64,000 bases of DNA from assembly GCF_006345805.1 (NCBI RefSeq), contig NC_043015.1, forward strand, positions 5,208,001-5,272,000, written 5' to 3'. This document shows positions 12,979 to 25,297 of this stretch, piece by piece. The position numbers and the translations under genes were made by a program. The stretch's first letter is position 1. The number at the start of each line of letters is the position of its first letter. The notes below the pieces were generated by a model, which worked only from the letters and a program-made list of their open reading frames with translations, searched no databases and was not told where the DNA came from. The stretch comes from Octopus sinensis. Taxonomy: Eukaryota.

Positions 12979-13794
12979 TAATTATATATATATATACAGA
13001 CTTAAAGATGTGTGTGTATGTGTGTGTTTCGTTTTTAAATTTTTTTCTACTCCAACATGTTATCGGGAGATGTTGAAATTGTTTTTCTATTTAAAAAAAA
13101 ATTTAAGTTATAAAAGTTGCTATATTTACATTTGTCTGAACTCTAAAATAAACAAGAATATTTATTTGTGTTTCAATATCGAAAGTGTTGGAATTAATAT
13201 ATTGTTTAATTTCTCGTATATCAAAAAAGTGAATGAAAGTATTTATTTGCACTCTAATAATAACTGAAGTGTATGTAATTTTTTTTTATTTGTATAAGAA
13301 AATAAACTAGAATATGTGTTTGCTTTTCTATATCGAAATCTTGCAATGCAAATATCGTATATTTACAAATAATTCCATACATCAAAAGTTTCCAGAAGAT
13401 AATACACTTGAAGCGATTTCAAAAATGAAATTCAATCCCCGCGGCTCATACCGTCTACTTTCAGAACGGTGGGAAAAAAGGCTGTCTCATATGGCTGGCT
13501 ATGTACTTCAGACAGGTACATACGGATAACAACGTGTATAGGTAGTAAACTTTCATATGTATGTATGTATGTATGTGTGTATGTATGTATGTATGTATGT
13601 ATGTATGTATGTATGTATGTATGTGTGTATGTATGTATGTATTGTATGTATGTATGTATGTATGTATGTATGTATGTGTGTGTGTGTGTGTGAGTGTATG
13701 TAGGTATATATATTTTACTGTGTCTAGAGAGAGTCATTCTCTTTTAGTGCTTTTTTAATTTACCTCAAACTTGTTTGAATATAGCTCCAATAAC

Positions 13795-14215
13795 TATATA
13801 ACTATTGTTGTTGTAGTTGTAGGTGTAGTAGTTGCTTCTGCAACTCCTGTTGGTGCTCTTCTTGTTGGTCTTGAAACTGTACTATCGTAGCTAATAGGTC
13901 TTCCACGAAGAAGTTCCTAAATAACCTGCGTGAGCTTCGAAGAACACGTCGCCGGGTTTATTACGTCATTTATTGCGTACAATAAATAAGATAACCATAC
14001 AATAACGATAAATACAATATAATGAACTAACAAATCTCTTTACGAACAATCAGTCAATATTACTTATGAACGAAGCAACCGATACCTTCCGATTTCACAG
14101 TGAACTAACACGAACTTCACGCGCCTCCGAACTCAGAACTCGCTCGGACCGTTACTAATTATATTTACTTGGATCAGCCTATCTCTCGTAAGGGGGCGTC
14201 GTAACTCTCATCACA
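13795..14215 (-). mobile_element. Probable Gypsy LTR-retrotransposon relic (LTR, PBS-like motif, Gag N-terminus)
   Basis: Minus strand starts TGT (tgtgatgagag), has AATAAA motifs, a degenerate PBS-like (c)cggcgacg and then the Gln-rich frame VEDLLATIVQFQDQQEEHQQELQKQLLHLQLQQQ. No TSD was found. Confidence 0.4.
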
Positions 14216-15160
14216 ATATATATATATAACAGTGCACACACACACAAACACACATACATACATACACACGCGCACACAAACATAGACACACACACACGCC
14301 CACACACACACACATGTATATACCGGATGTTGAATTCATTCAAATTTACGACTACTTGCCAATGATCCATTAGTCTGTTGTTGCCTTAACGATGGGATCA
14401 CCGAGTCTTGACACGAAATATTAATTGAGCCGTATCTTCAGTTTCACATAATTGTCGGACGAAACATGTTGCCGACTGCTGGAGTGTGATCGAAAAATTT
14501 ATAACCTTAATGCGTTATAACAAGACAAACCTGTTAGTGTGAAAAAACTTCCCAGACATGTACTCGAATAACATTGTTGGTCAAAGGGCTACGAGGGAAC
14601 GACCGTTATTCTATTCAAGGAGCACACAATGTAAACGGCTAGATCATTTCCACTTTTCCCATCGCTTGTACGTGACAGATAATTGTGTCCTATCAGGATG
14701 TCAACTGCTGGGCCAATTTCCAAGACGTCTGGTTGCGTGTATGGGAACAATTCTTTTTCAAATTTATATCTACATATAATATATAAGCAATATGTCTTTC
14801 AGTTTTGCAGGAAATAGTCATGTACCTTCTTAATTCATTTAGGACATGCAGATATACACGTTTTTGTTAGAAACAATCTTTTTTTAAAATATCTAAGTAT
14901 AAATGTATTATAAATTGCATACTCAAAGTTACACAATAACATCCAGCCATATAACTTCGCCCTAATCCCTAATCATATTTGTGAAATTATAGAGACCCTA
15001 ACTCTTAAACACATTAGCCTAAAAGGAAATTTTCCTTGTAGGATTGAAATATTTACTGCTTAATATATCTCACTGAGAAATTACTACTGTTTATGCAGTC
15101 CGGATCTGCTGTTTTGGGAATTGGTAATTTCATTTTTCCCATTTATATATATATATATTA

Positions 15161-15472
15161 TGTGAAATAGAAAGATGAATAATCTTGTTGTAGATTAATC
15201 AAAAGTTAACCGATACCTTAGTAGCAAAAATCACAGCAGTAAACAGCACGGTTGGAGGTACAACCATCTGGCGTTGCAACCGTGCGTTGGTGCGGATAAT
15301 TGAAATTAAAACATTATTGGTGAATTGAAGAAATGGAGCTGAACGCAGATTGAACAGAAATCGTTTTATTTCATTCTACACGTGTTTCGAAAGGCACAAA
15401 TTACCAAAATCCGATTGAATAATGGGACCATATTGTGTCTTTCTCTTCAGGAAGAAAAAAGGAAATCCGTTG
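15161..15472 (-). mobile_element. Hammerhead-bearing non-autonomous element (family H2), colinear copy with its 3' end at (TA)n
   Basis: Shares segments with 30111-30353 and 30438-30687. The 3' end (..ctatttcaca) abuts the TA tract at ~15143-15160. An internal hairpin gcacggttg/caaccgtgc lies at 15246-15285. Confidence 0.75.
15369..15458 (-). ncRNA. Type I hammerhead ribozyme (intact)
   Basis: UUUUCUUC CUGAAGA GAAAGACAC..GUGCCUUUC GAAAC ACGU GUA^GAAUGAAA. Stem II pairs 8 of 9, helix III ACACGUGU is a perfect palindrome, stem I pairs 7 of 8. Confidence 0.9.
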
Positions 15473-15688
15473 GAAAAATAAAAACAGAACAGAGGCGGAG
15501 CAAAAAACAAATCGAACTGTGCTCCTAAGAGCCCATGGCGAAACTGTTTATCAGTGTATGTTGAGAACCGGTGGCTGAAGAATTCAACGGGTCAGGCATC
15601 GGTCAATCATGTGGGTGAGGGTGTATAGATGTTCTTTGTGACCGAGAATAAAGTTCTGACTATTTAAGGAATATTGGAATATATTTAA

Positions 15689-15795
<107 letters not shown>

Positions 15796-16459
15796 TGTGT
15801 GTGTATGTGTGTGTTTGCATGTCTGTCTTTCAGTCTGTCTGACTCTGTGTGTGTGTTGGTTTCGGCATTTTGTCGATCAAAGCTCTGCTTTAAAACATTT
15901 GTTTAATATAAGTTTTCATTATAGAAAATACTAACTTATGTGATCGTTACTTCTTTCAAAATTTCCATTGACAATGAAAATATTTAGTTACCGATTACAC
16001 TCCAAATTGCGAGGACATTTTGGTACCAAATGACCGAAGGTAAGCTATGAACATCCGTTTTCCCGTCTAATATATTGCACGGACTTTATTGAAGCTTCAC
16101 GCACTAAATATTTCATATGAATTCTGATTTGCGCAACATTACCCAGGAATACCTATTCGCAAATACATGACTTGAGTTTATTTTCTTCAAAATCATGCAT
16201 ATTCCATTGCATGCGTCTTTACACTATTTAGAGCGAGGACGTATGTTTTAATGCAGGGCTATACAAAATTCACTATGCAAGCTCTTCACCGAATTAAAGG
16301 CATGCTACATTGATTTATTGTGTTATTCTTTTACGATTATATTGCTGTAAGCCATTTTGTTGCGAACAAACACACAGGAATATATATATATGTATATATG
16401 TATGTGTGTATACATGCTTGTGTGTGCGTGTGTGAGCATATACAGGAATTGTTGTATAT

Positions 16460-16499
<40 letters not shown>

Positions 16500-16512
<13 letters not shown>

Positions 16513-17514
16513 ATGTGTGTGTGTATGTGTGTGTGTGTGTGTGTGTTTGTGTGTATGTATACATAAAACTATTATACTTGTATCTAGCTAATCCAATAAT
16601 AAAAATGATAATCAATAATAAGATAATTTGTATTAGTATGTATTATGTTAGTACGCAGCATGTTAGTATCACACACGAATCTCAGTCAAATGTCAGAACC
16701 AATGAAAAATGCTGTTATCTAGTAAAATTTTGAACCACTGCAATATAGTTTGTAATTTCACTCGTGTTATACTCTTACATTTCAATTGAGATAGGTTCAT
16801 TCATTCAAGAAACAGACAGTCACATATGCGCATTGCTACAGAATCATTAACACGCTGGGCAAAATATTTAGCGGTTTTTCGCCTGCTGCTACGTTCTGAG
16901 TTCAAATTCTGCCGAGGTCGACTTTGACTTTCATCCTTTCGGGGTCGATAAATTAAGTACCAATTACGCACTGGGGTCGATGTAATCGACTTAATACCTA
17001 TGTCTGTCCTTGTTTGTCCCCTCTGTGTTTAACCCCTTGTGGGTAATAAACAAATAGATATTTCGTCTGCCGTTACGTTCTGAGTTCAAATTCCGCCGAG
17101 GTTGACTTTGCCTTTCATCCTTCGGTGTCGATTAAATAAGTACCAGTTACGCACTGGGACCGATGTAATCGATTTCATCCCTTTGTCTGTTCTTGTTTGT
17201 CTCCTCTATGTTTAGCCCTCTGTGGGCAAAAGCAAATATATGCTCATTATTATAGCGCAGCATTAGCCCGCGTGAAAACGACAGAAGTCGTGGTATTTCA
17301 CTCGCAAACGCATGATACTCCGACTGCTACAATAAAAAGGTTCAAGTATGAAGCCCAAAAGTTTCTGCCATTAGGAATCAATGAATACTACAACAGACGT
17401 ACAGCGTCATACAACCGTAACTACTACATCTGCTACAAATTTCGTATATATACTTCCACCCACGCGTGCGCAAATCACGTACCCATTCACACACATGCGT
17501 ATATATATATATAT

Positions 17515-17592
<78 letters not shown>

Positions 17593-18543
17593 TGTGTATG
17601 TATACATAAAACTATTATACTTGTATCTAGCTAATCCAATAATAAAAATGATAATCAATAATAAGATAATTTGTATTAGTATGTATTATGTTAGTACGCA
17701 GCATGTTAGTATCACACACGAATCTCAGTCAAATATCAGAACCAATGAAAAATGCTGTTATCTAGTAAAATTTTGAACCACTGCAATATAGTTTGTAATT
17801 TCACTCGTGTTATACTCTTACATTTCAATTGAGATAGGTTCATTCATTCAAGAAACAGACAGTCACATATGCGCATTGCTACAGAATCATTAACACGCTG
17901 GGCAAAATATTTAGCGGTTTTTCGCCTGCTGCTACGTTCTGAGTTCAAATTCTGCCGAGGTCGACTTTGACTTTCATCCTTTCGGGGTCGATAAATTAAG
18001 TACCAATTACGCACTGGGGTCGATGTAATCGACTTAATACCTATGTCTGTCCTTGTTTGTCCCCTCTGTGTTTAACCCCTTGTGGGTAATAAACAAATAG
18101 ATATTTCGTCTGCCGTTACGTTCTGAGTTCAAATTCCGCCGAGGTTGACTTTGCCTTTCATCCTTTCGGTGTCGATTAAATAAGTACCAGTTACGCACTG
18201 GGACCGATGTAATCGATTTCATCCCTTTGACTGTTCTTGTTTGTCTCCTCTATGTTTAGCCCTCTGTGGGCAAAAGCAAATAGATGCTCATTATTATAGC
18301 GCAGCATTAGCCCGCGTGAAAACGACAGAAGTCGTGGTATTTCACTCGCAAACGCATGATACTCCGACGGCTACAATAAAAAGGTTCAAGTATGAAGCCC
18401 AAAATTTTCTGCCATTAGGAATCAATGAATACTACAACAGACGTACAGCGTCATAGAACCGTAACTACTACCTCTGCTACAAATTTCGTATATATACTTC
18501 CACCCACGCGTGCGCAAATCACGTACCCATTCACACACATGCG

Positions 18544-18570
<27 letters not shown>
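16500..18570 (+). repeat. Near-identical ~1043-bp tandem duplication, each copy with two tandem family-B SINEs
   Basis: acataaaactattatacttg occurs at 16561 and 17604; acacatgcgt(TA)n ends both copies. SINE pairs lie at ~16832-17240 and ~17875-18280. Confidence 0.9.
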
Positions 18571-18575
<5 letters not shown>

Positions 18576-18859
18576 CAACAATTGAGGGTAAAATTAATTA
18601 ATTAATCAATTTCACCAAGTATTCAGTATGCAAAGGGACCATTTAAGGCGAATTCAAATTATTACATTATATAAAAGGGCTTAGTAAAATAAATTACTTT
18701 GCCGCATACTGAACTCATTAGAAATAGCAGCTAAAAAAAAAAACTTTTTTAAAACTATTTCTAATACTTAAAGAAAACCTCTCTCATATAGTGTTTGCTC
18801 AACTCAACCCACGAAAATATGGGGGTAGAGACATTAAAAAATCAAGTGCAAAGGTTATT

Positions 18860-18912
18860 TGAGAACGTACGTTTCAAGATTAGTCAAACTCGACATTTCT
18901 ATCATCAGCTCA
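18860..18912 (-). ncRNA. Minimal type I hammerhead ribozyme, array unit 1
   Basis: UGAG CUGAUGA UAGA-AAU-GUCG-AGUU-UGAC-UAA-UCUU GAAAC GUAC GUU^CUCA. Stem I UGAG/CUCA; helix III ACGUACGU is a perfect palindrome. Confidence 0.85.
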
Positions 18913-19421
18913 GAACTCCCTGGTTTGGATTTGAAAACACTGAAAGTGGGAGCATAACCTTTCGGCTTCTCATCGCTTCTGAAGATCTGCTCGTAACTAA
19001 CAGTGCCAACAAACTCAAAAATGCAAGCGAAGAATTTCTGCTCTCCCCTTTCCACCAGCGTGGGTTAAAATCAGCAAACACCATCCTTTTTTCGGTAAAA
19101 TCCGAGGCATTATATAGAGAGAGATGAATTATAATTTCAACAATTGAGGGTAAAATTAATTAATTAATCAATTTCACCAAGTATTCAGTATGCAAGGGAC
19201 CATTTAAGGCGAATTCAAATTATTACATTATATAAAAGGGCTTAGTAAAATAAATTACTTTGCCGCATACTGAACTCATTAGAAATAGCACCTAAAAAAA
19301 AAAAACTTTTTTAAAACTATTTCTAATACTTAAAGAAAACCTCTCTCATATAGTGTTTGCTCAACTCAACCCACGAAAATATAGGGGTAGAGACATTAAA
19401 AAATCAAGTGCAAAGGTTATT

Positions 19422-19474
19422 TGAGAACGTACGTTTCAAGATTAGTCAAACTCGACATTTCTATCATCAGCTCA
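19422..19474 (-). ncRNA. Minimal type I hammerhead ribozyme, array unit 2
   Basis: Identical motif to unit 1. Confidence 0.85.
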
Positions 19475-19984
19475 GAACTCCCTGGTTTGGATTTGAAAAC
19501 ACTGAAAGTGGGAGCATAACCTTTCGGCTTCTCATCGCTTCTGAAGATCTGCTCGTAACTAACAGTGCCAACAAACTCAAAAATGCAAGCGAAGAATTTC
19601 TGCTCTCCCCTTTCCACCAGCGTGGGTTAAAATCAGCAAACACCATCCTTTTTTCGGTAAAATCCGAGGCATTATATAGAGAGAGATGAATTATAATTTC
19701 AACAATTGAGGGTAAAATTAATTAATTAATCAATTTCACCAAGTATTCAGTATGCAAAGGGACCATTTAAGGCGAATTCAAATTATTACATTATATAAAA
19801 GGGCTTAGTAAAATAAATTACTTTGCCGCATACTGAACTCATTAGAAATAGCACCTAAAAAAAAAAAACTTTTTTAAAACTATTTCTAATACTTAAAGAA
19901 AACCTCTCTCATATAGTGTTTGCTCAACTCAACCCACGAAAATATAGGGGTAGAGACATTAAAAAATCAAGTGCAAAGGTTATT

Positions 19985-20037
19985 TGAGAACGTACGTTTC
20001 AAGATTAGTCAAACTCGACATTTCTATCATCAGCTCA
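19985..20037 (-). ncRNA. Minimal type I hammerhead ribozyme, array unit 3
   Basis: Identical motif to unit 1. Confidence 0.85.
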
Positions 20038-20544
20038 GAACTCCCTGGTTTGGATTTGAAAACACTGAAAGTGGGAGCATACCCTTTCGGCTTCTTATCG
20101 CTTCTGAAGATCTGCTCGTAACTAACAGTGCCAACAAACTCAAAAATGCAAGCGAAGAATTTCTGCTCTCCCCTTTCCACCAGCGTGGGTTAAAATCAGC
20201 AAACACCATGCTTTTTTCGGTAAAATCCGAGGCATTATATAGAGAGAGATGAATTATAATTTCAACAATTGAGGGTAAAATTAATTAATTAATCAATTTC
20301 ACCAAGTATTCAGTATGCAAAGTGACCATTTAAGGCGAATTCAAATTATTACATTATATAAAAGGGCTTAGTAAAATAAATTACTTTGCCGCATACTGAA
20401 CTCATTAGAAATAGCAGCTAAAAAAAAAACTTTTTTAAAACTATTTCTAATACTTAAAGAAAACCTCTCTCATATAGTGTTTGCTCAACTCAACCCACGA
20501 AAATATGGGGTAGAGACATTAAAAAATCAAGTGCAAATGTTATT

Positions 20545-20597
20545 TGAGAACGTACGTTTCAAGATTAGTCAAACTCGACATTTCTATCATCAGCTCA
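20545..20597 (-). ncRNA. Minimal type I hammerhead ribozyme, array unit 4
   Basis: Identical motif to unit 1. Confidence 0.85.
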
Positions 20598-21107
20598 GAA
20601 CTCCCTGGTTTGGATTTGAAAACACTGAAAGTGGGAGCATACCCTTTCGGCTTCTTATCGCTTCTGAAGATCTGCTCGTAACTAACAGTGCCAACAAACT
20701 CAAAAATGCAAGCGAAGAATTTCTGCTCTCCCCTTTCCACCAGCGTGGGTTAAAATCAGCAAACACCATGCTTTTTTCGGTAAAATCCGAGGCATTATAT
20801 AGAGAGAGATGAATTATAATTTCAACAATTGAGGGTAAAATTAATTAATTAATCAATTTCACCAAGTATTCAGTATGCAAAGGGACCATTTAAGGCGAAT
20901 TCAAATTATTACATTATATAAAAGGGCTTAGTAAAATAAATTACTTTGCCGCATACTGAACTCATTAGAAATAGCAGCTAAAAAAAAAAACCTTTTTCAA
21001 AACTATTTCTAATACTTAAAGAAAACCTCTCTCATATAGTGTTTGCTCAACTCAACCCACGAAAATATGGTGGTAGAGACATTAAAAAATCAAGTGCAAA
21101 GGTTATT

Positions 21108-21160
21108 TGAGAACGTGCGTTTCAAGATTAGTCAAACTCGACATTTCTATCATCAGCTCA
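21108..21160 (-). ncRNA. Minimal type I hammerhead ribozyme, array unit 5 (loop 3 variant)
   Basis: Core intact, but loop 3 is GCAC instead of GUAC, which breaks the palindrome. Confidence 0.75.
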
Positions 21161-21667
21161 GAACTCCCTGGTTTGGATTTGAAAACACTGAAAGTGGGAG
21201 CATACCCTTTCGGCTTCTTATCGCTTCTGAAGATCTGCTCGTAACTAACAGTGCCAACAAACTCAAAAATGCAAGCGAAGAATTTCTGCTCTCCCCTTTC
21301 CACCAGCGTGGGTTAAAATCAGCAACACCATGCTTTTTTCGGTAAAATCCGAGGCATTATATAGAGAGAGATGAATTATAATTTCAACAATTGAGGGTAA
21401 AATTAATTAATTAATCAATTTCACCAAGTATTCAGTATGCAAAGGGACCATTTAAGGCGAATTCAAATTATTACATTATATAAAAGGGCTTAGTAAAATA
21501 AATTACTTTGCCGCATACTGAACTCATTAGAAATAGCAGCTAAAAAAAAAACTTTTTTAAAACTATTTCTAATACTTAAAGAAAACCTCTCTCATATAGT
21601 GTTTGCTCAACTCAACCCACGAAAATATGGGGGTAGAGACATTAAAAAATCAAGTGCAAAGGTTATT

Positions 21668-21720
21668 TGAGAACGTACGTTTCAAGATTAGTCAAACTCG
21701 ACATTTCTATCATCAGCTCA
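21668..21720 (-). ncRNA. Minimal type I hammerhead ribozyme, array unit 6
   Basis: Identical motif to unit 1. Confidence 0.85.
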
Positions 21721-22120
21721 GAACTCCCTGGTTTGGATTTGAAAACACTGAAAGTGGGAGCATACCCTTTCGGCTCCTTATCGCTTCTGAGATCTGCTCG
21801 TAACTAACAGTGCCAACAAACTCAAAAATGCAAGCGAAGAATTTCTGCTCTCCCCTTTCCACCAGCGTGGGTTAAAATCAGCAAACACCATCCTTTTTTC
21901 GGTAAAATCCGAGGCATTATATAGAGAGAGATGAATTATAATTTCAACAATTGAGGGTAAAATTAATTAATTAATCAATTTCACCAAGTATTCAGTATGC
22001 AAAGGGACCATTTAAGGCGAATTCAAATTATTACATTATATAAAAGGGCTTAGTAAAATAAATTACTTTGCCGCATACTGAACTCATTAGAAATAGCAGC
22101 TAAAAAATAAATATATATAT

Positions 22121-22412
22121 CACGTGATCACTTGACCGACTAGGCCGTCAGATGTTGCTACACAGCGCTGGTCACAATGCGCTTCGCATTGTTTTAGCCT
22201 TCAAATGACGCCACCCCGCTGGCTAAGCGAGCTGGTCTACAGAAGAAAGAATGAAGAGTGAGAGAAAGTTATGGTAAAAGAGTACAGCAGGGTTCGCAAC
22301 CACCCCTGACAGAGGTATGTGGAGCTTTAGATGTTTTCGCTCAATAAACAATCAAAACGTTCTCTCTGGGAATTGAAACCGCGATCCTACGACCGCGAGA
22401 CCGCTGCCCTAC
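22121..22412 (-). mobile_element. tRNA-derived SINE (family A variant)
   Basis: Reverse complement has gtagggcagcggtctcgcggtcgtaggatcgcggtttcaattccc and gagcgaaaacatctaaagctccac. Confidence 0.8.
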
Positions 22413-22466
22413 ATGCTATAGGAAGACGCCAATATCATAAGACTACATACCTAACATATCATTATA

Positions 22467-22571
22467 AAATAACACGCGCCGTACTCGTGCAAGTAAACGA
22501 ATCAGATTCATGAAATGGTTCGTTTTATGATTCTGTTTCGTTTATTTGCACGAGTACAGCGCGTGTTATTT
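22467..22571. repeat. Short hairpin / MITE-like inverted repeat
   Basis: 49-bp arms (aaataacacgcgccgtactcgtgcaagtaaacga.. / ..tcgtttatttgcacgagtacagcgcgtgttattt) with 5 mismatches and a 7-nt loop. Confidence 0.8.
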
Positions 22572-22926
22572 CATGTTGATAATTTAGGTAGCTTTTTTAC
22601 TTTGGCATCTTCTTCTAGCATGTAAGGCACTCGTATACGTACTTGTTTGCCCTTACTATATATTTATATGACAATTTATAAATTGATTAATTTTTACCGT
22701 AACCGGAAAAAAACTACCTGATAAGATCTGATATCTATTTCATCATTAATTTTCAATATATATACATACACACACACACACACATCTATATATATATATA
22801 GATAGATATATATACTTATATATATATATCTATATATATCTCTATATATACCTATATATATATATATATATATACCTATATATATACTGATATATATCTA
22901 TATATATATATATATGTATATATACC

Positions 22927-23004
<78 letters not shown>

Positions 23005-23052
23005 GTTTAAATATTTATTGGCTAAACTGGCAATATGACCATTCCGAAATAT

Positions 23053-23083
<31 letters not shown>

Positions 23084-23084
23084 C

Positions 23085-23136
<52 letters not shown>

Positions 23137-24388
23137 CATACATATATAGAGTGCACCATAGTTTTTATTTACACAGAATTTCTACTCTGAACTCAGGTCA
23201 TTGGAATCTTGAATCAAGTACTATTCTCTTTCTGAAGACACAAAAATATGTTTGTTAATTCATTCATTGCTTATTTGCATTTTTTTTTTCTTTATCGCCA
23301 GCTACTATTTTTTATCTGATTTTCCGTTAAATTTTTTTAGCACATTGTCTTGAATTTCTCTATCTGAAAATCATTTTCAGTGCACGGTTCTATATAACTA
23401 CTTAAACTGTCTTTCCACTTCTTTGCTGCCTTCCGCTTTATTGAAGTTTAGCGTGTTTGTTTAGTTAGTACAACTATTTATTCGTTCATCACTTCTGTAA
23501 TTGTCATCTTGTAGTTTCCTGCTAATACGTGATTACTATATTTACATCTTACTGGACAGTTGTCTCTATTTCTTCTCCAAAATTCTATTTTCTATCCGTA
23601 ATTATTTAACTATTTTTGAATTAGTCTGTACATGGCTTTTAATATTGATAACGCGTACATCTAATCCGTCTCTTCTCTTCGAGTGTTCATCTTCCTTTTG
23701 TCTTCAACGTGACTACTGAAGAAAAACTAAAGCGTCCTCAGTGACTCTTGTATCTCCGCATGTTAAATATTTGCAAACCGTTCAAATATTAATCTTGGAG
23801 ATTTTCACATGTTTGCAACGTGAGATTACTTCAATTTCTTCTACAGATTAAGCATATTCGTTTCTACATTTATATATTTCTATTTACACCAAATAACAAG
23901 TGACAGTTGCGTGTGTTATTTCACAGTTTTATTTATATAATGAGCTATGATATGTAACAATAGCGGAAATCTTACACTTATATGAAATATATTTTGACAA
24001 GTAAATATTTGTAAACAGAGTAACGATAGCAATGATCTGTGGAGCGGGAAATTTTTAATTGGACACATGGAACATCGCTAACATTTTTATAAGAAGTTAT
24101 GTTAATCAAAGCTGTTTAATATTCCTGAAGACTGAAATTCGGTAACCTCTGATGCAATAATGTCACATATAACAAACTTACGAAATGGAGTCTTAGAGTT
24201 TGATCTTTTTCATTGAAATAATAATGCTAGACACACCAATGAGAGTAACATACATTCTTTTAAACATTCCCATTTCTCTTCTTTTTTACCATATGTATGC
24301 ATACATACACGTGAGCGCACACGCACACATAACACACACACACATGTATACATATGCCTACACACATACGTACACATATACATACACG

Positions 24389-24454
<66 letters not shown>

Positions 24455-24723
24455 TATACACACAAATATACAGACATATACATATGCATGCATATATATA
24501 TATGCATGCGCACACACACTCGCACAACCACACGAACACTAACACATATACATATGTAGGTTTTACTTCATGACAGTCTTTTAATCTTTTAAACATATAT
24601 AAATCATAAGAGACGTTTCACACCTTTTGATGAATGAGCAAGGTATGAACTTTATTATATTAGTGGAAATCACTACATTGTCTTCGTATGCATCTTAAAC
24701 AGTTTTCTTTTTTCAAATTCACT

Positions 24724-25236
24724 ATGCGTATATACGTCTGTCTATACTTCTCTACGTACGTGCAACTGTGTCTCTGTATATAACTGAGTCTACGTTTTTC
24801 CGTGTAGATTTTAGTGCACATGCACGCGCGCCTCTGTGCGTGTTTGTGTAAATATACATTTAAATCAGTCTTGCAATACGTAGCGTTTATAAGACTGATA
24901 AAGATATGACTAGGTGCGATACATCAAACTAACTCAGATTTATTTATATACACATCTACCAATCATAAACATGGAAGATAAATAGTTACCAAGAAACAGT
25001 ATGATCTCTACGTAGAATTTCTAATGTGGTAATTCGTATCAGACTCCAGTTTATGAAATCTAAATGTATCATGTGCTACGTCAGCAATTTTCAATTGCGG
25101 AAAGGGAGTTAAAATCATGCATATAAAATTCTTTAGCGTCAGCAAGTTGCTATATCAACGATACGATATCATTTAATTCCTAGAGGTCGAGAGGAAAGCG
25201 ATATGTTGGATAAGCGCATATATATACGCATATATA

Positions 25237-25297
<61 letters not shown>

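Larger units (their letters stand above)
18571..22106 (-). repeat. Tandem array of a ~562-bp unit (6 full copies plus a ~167-bp partial), one hammerhead per unit; retrozyme/PLE-pLTR-like
   Basis: Unit starts (aatttcaacaattgaggg) at 18571, 19133, 19695, 20258, 20818, 21380 and 21940. The left end abuts (TA)n; the right end is truncated. Confidence 0.95.

Noticed and set aside
18979-19000. ctgaagatctgctcg(a/t)aac as a plus-strand hammerhead
   Set aside because: No stem II pairing, no NUH closing helix III, and GAAA is absent in the array copies.
18795-19127. 110-aa plus-strand ORF (and overlapping 66-aa minus-strand ORF) repeated in the array units
   Set aside because: Non-ATG starts, no recognisable domain, broken in units 5-6 and in the 29-kb copy. 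The repetition reflects the DNA repeat, not protein conservation.
18571-22106. CRISPR-like or satellite-only interpretation of the array
   Set aside because: There are no unique spacers and the context is eukaryotic. Units are full-length copies, and the family is also dispersed (29 kb) and carries an HHR.
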